Of a DNA stretch of 64,000 bases, positions 60,401 through 64,000 are shown piece by piece (within the stretch, counting starts at the first letter, position 1; every line of letters starts with the position of its first letter). The notes beneath the pieces were generated by a model. That model was not told the DNA's origin. It ran no database searches and saw nothing but the letters and a program-made list of their open reading frames with translations. The position numbers and the translations under genes are program-made. Source of the DNA: Eledone cirrhosa (taxonomy: Eukaryota). The stretch is taken from contig OZ024741.1 of the NCBI GenBank assembly GCA_964016885.1, forward strand, positions 254,262,001 through 254,326,000. Direction: 5' to 3'.

Positions 60401-63400
60401 AACAGCAACAACACTGGCACTGACAGAGAAAACAGCAACAACAACAACACTGGCACTGACAGAGAAAGAAGCAACAACAACAACACTGGCACTCACAGAA
60501 AAAACAGCAACAACTACAACAACACTGGCACTGACACAGAAAACAGCAACAACTACAACAACACTGGCACTGACAGAGAAAACAGCAACAACTACAACAA
60601 CACTGGCACTGACAGAGAAAACAGCAACAACAGCAACAACACTGGCACTGACACAGAAAACAGCAACAACTACAACAACACTGGCACTGGCAGAGAAAAC
60701 AGCAACAACTACAACAACACTGGCACTGACAGAGAAAACAGCAACAACTACAACAACACTCGCACTGACACAGAAAACAGCAACAACTACAACAACACTG
60801 GCACTGACACAGAAAACAGCAACAACTTCAACAACACTGGCACTGACAGAGAAAACAGCAACAACAACACTGGCACTGACACAGAAAACAGCAACAACTA
60901 CAACAACACTGGCACTGACAGAGAAAACAGCAACAACTACAACAACACTGGCACTGACAGAGAAAACAGCAACAACTACACCAACACTGGCACTGACACA
61001 GAAAACAGCAACAACTACAACAACACTGGCACTGACACAGAAAACAGCAACAACAACAACGACACTGGTACTGACACAGAAAACAGCAACAACACCAACA
61101 CTGGCACTGACAGTGAAAATAGCAACAACAACAACACTGGCACTGACAGAGAAAACAGCAACAACAACAACACTGGCACTGACACAGAAAACAGCAACAA
61201 CAACACTGGCACTGACACAGAAAACAGCAACAACTACAACAACACTGGCACTGGCAAAGAAAACAGCAACAACTACAACACTGGCACTGACAGAGAAAAC
61301 AGCAACAACAACAACACTGGCACTGACAGAGAAAACAGCAACAACTACAACAACACTGCCACTGACACAGAAAACAGCAACAACTACAACAACACTGGCA
61401 CTGACAGTGAAAACAGCAACAACTACAACAACACTGGCACTGACAGAGAAAACAGCAACAACAACAACACTGGCACTGACACAGAAAACAGCAACAACTA
61501 CAACAACACTGGCACCGACAGAGAAAACAGCAACAACTACAACAACACTGGCACTGACAGAGAAAACAGCAACAACTACAACAACACTGGCACTGACACA
61601 GAAAACAGCAACAACTACAACACTGGCACTGACACAGAAAACAGCAACAACTACAACAACACTGGCACTGACACAGAAAACAGCAACAACAACAACACTG
61701 GCACTGACAGAGAAAACAGCAACAACAACAACACCGGCACTGGCACAGAAAACAGCAACAACTACAACAACACTGGCACTGACAGAGAAAACAGCAACAA
61801 CTACAACAACACTGGCACTGACAGAGAAAACAGCAACAACAACAACACTGGCACTGACACAGAAAACAGCAACAACTACAACAACACTGGCACTGACAGA
61901 GAAAACAGCAACAACTACAACAACACTGGCACTGACAGAGAAAACAGCAACAGCAACAACACTGGCACTGGCACAGAAAATAACAACAACAGCAACAACA
62001 ACACTGGCACTGACACAGAAAACAGCAACAACAGCAACAGCAACACTGGCACTGACACAGAAAACAGCAACAACAACAACAACAACACTGGCACTGACAG
62101 AGAAAACAGCAACAACAACACTGTCACTGACAGAGAAAACAGCAACAAAAAACAGTGGCACTGACACAGAAAACAGCAACAACAGCAAAAACAACAGTGG
62201 CACTGACACAGAAAACAGCAACAACAGCAACAATAACACAGGCACTGGCACAGAAAACAGCAACAGCAACAACAACAACAACACTGGCACTGACAGAGAA
62301 AACAGCAACAACTACAACACTGGCACTGACAGAGAAAACAGCAACAACAACACTGGCACTGACAGAGAAAACAGCAACAACTACAACAACACTGGCACTG
62401 ACACAGAAAACAGCATCAACTACAACAAAACTGGCACTGACAGAGAAAACAGCAACAACTACAACAACACTGGCACTGACAGAGAAAACAGCAACAACAA
62501 CAACACTGGCACTGACACAGAAAACAGCAACAACTACAACAACACTGGCACTGACAGAGAAAACAACAACGACTACAACAACACTGGCACTGACACAGAA
62601 AACAGCAACAACTACAACAACACTGGCACTGACAGAGAAAACAGCAACAACAACAACACTGGCACTGACACAGAAAACAGCAACAACTACAACAACACTG
62701 GCACTGACAGAGAAAACAGCAACAACTACAACAACACTGGCACTCAGAGAAAACAGCAACAACTACAACAACACTGGCACTGACACAGAAAACAGCAACA
62801 ACTACAACACTGGCACTGACAGAGAAAACAGCAACAACAACAACACTGGCTCTGACAGAGAAAACAGCAAAAACAACAACACCGGCACTGACACAGAAAA
62901 CAGCAACAACTACAACAACACTGGCACTGACAGAGAAAACAGCAACAACTACAACAACACTGGCACTGACAGAGAAAACAGCAACAACAACAACACTGGC
63001 ACTGACACAGAAAACAGCAACAACTACAACACTGGCACTGACAGAGAAAACAGCAACAACTACAACAACACTGTACTGACAGAGAAAACAGCAACAGCAA
63101 CAACACTGGCACTGACACAGAAAACAGCAACAACAGCAACAACAACACTGGCACTGACACAGAAAACAGCAACAACAGCAATAACAATGGCACTGACACA
63201 GAAAACAGCAACAACAACAACACTGGCACTGACAGAGAAAACAGCAACAACAACACTGGCACTGACAGAGAAAACAGCAACAACAACAGTGGCACTGACA
63301 CAAAAAACAGCAACAACTACAACAACACTGGCACTGACAGAGAAAACAGCAACAACAACAACACTGGCACTGACACAGAAAACAGCAACAACTACAACAA

Positions 63401-64000
63401 CACTGGCACTGGCAGAGAAAACAGCAACAACTACAACAACACTGGCACTGACAGAGAAAACAGCAACAACTACAACAACACTCGCACTGACACAGAAAAC
63501 AGCAACAACTACAACAACACTGGCACTGACACAGAAAACAGCAACAACTTCAACAACACTGGCACTGACAGAGAAAACAGCAACAACAACACTGGCACTG
63601 ACACAGAAAACAGCAACAACTACAACAACACTGGCACTGACAGAGAAAACAGCAACAACTACAACAACACTGGCACTGACAGAGAAAACAGCAACAACTA
63701 CACCAACACTGGCACTGACACAGAAAACAGCAACAACTACAACAACACTGGCACTGACACAGAAAACAGCAACAACAACAACGACACTGGTACTGACACA
63801 GAAAACAGCAACAACACCAACACTGGCACTGACAGTGAAAATAGCAACAACAACAACACTGGCACTGACAGAGAAAACAGCAACAACAACAACACTGGCA
63901 CTGACACAGAAAACAGCAACAACAACACTGGCACTGACACAGAAAACAGCAACAACTACAACAACACTGGCACTGGCAGAGAAAACAGCAACAACTACAA
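45446..64000. repeat. Minisatellite, consensus ACACTGGCACTGACA(C/G)AGAAAACAGCAACAACTACAACA (39 bp; 33/36/42-bp variants), with higher-order periods
   Basis: Rare variant ggtactgac recurs at ~47097, 48492, 49887 (1395-bp period); array runs off the window end. Confidence 0.96.

Noticed and set aside
45440-62311. 5623-aa Val/Ala/Ser ORF on the minus strand
   Set aside because: Antisense reading of the minisatellite; implausibly hydrophobic, with no unique domains

Overview
Repeat-only eukaryotic (metazoan) DNA with no recognisable host gene. The AT-rich background, kb-long (TA)n arrays and the SINE/RTE/CR1 families suggest a cephalopod such as Octopus (inference, not verified). 1-31.1 kb is a patchwork of decayed retroelements, mostly bordered by (TA)n arrays: three RTE-clade LINE families with (TGA)n tails and a PHD-like finger inside the RT, CR1-type LINE pieces, tRNA-derived SINEs, a Penelope-like GIY-YIG remnant, a tiny hAT-like MITE and several fold-back inversions. 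The most notable feature is a 310-bp tandem array at 19084-22136. Every unit carries a minimal type I hammerhead ribozyme inside a hairpin-rich monomer, and the array flips orientation at 21120-21124 (retrozyme-like). Further hammerheads lie at 7883-7947 and in a 336-bp palindrome at 18364-18699. After a 200-N gap (31096-31295) come a 14-kb 11-bp satellite (31296-45445) and an 18.5-kb 33-42-bp minisatellite (45446-64000). The giant ORFs in the track are repeat artefacts.
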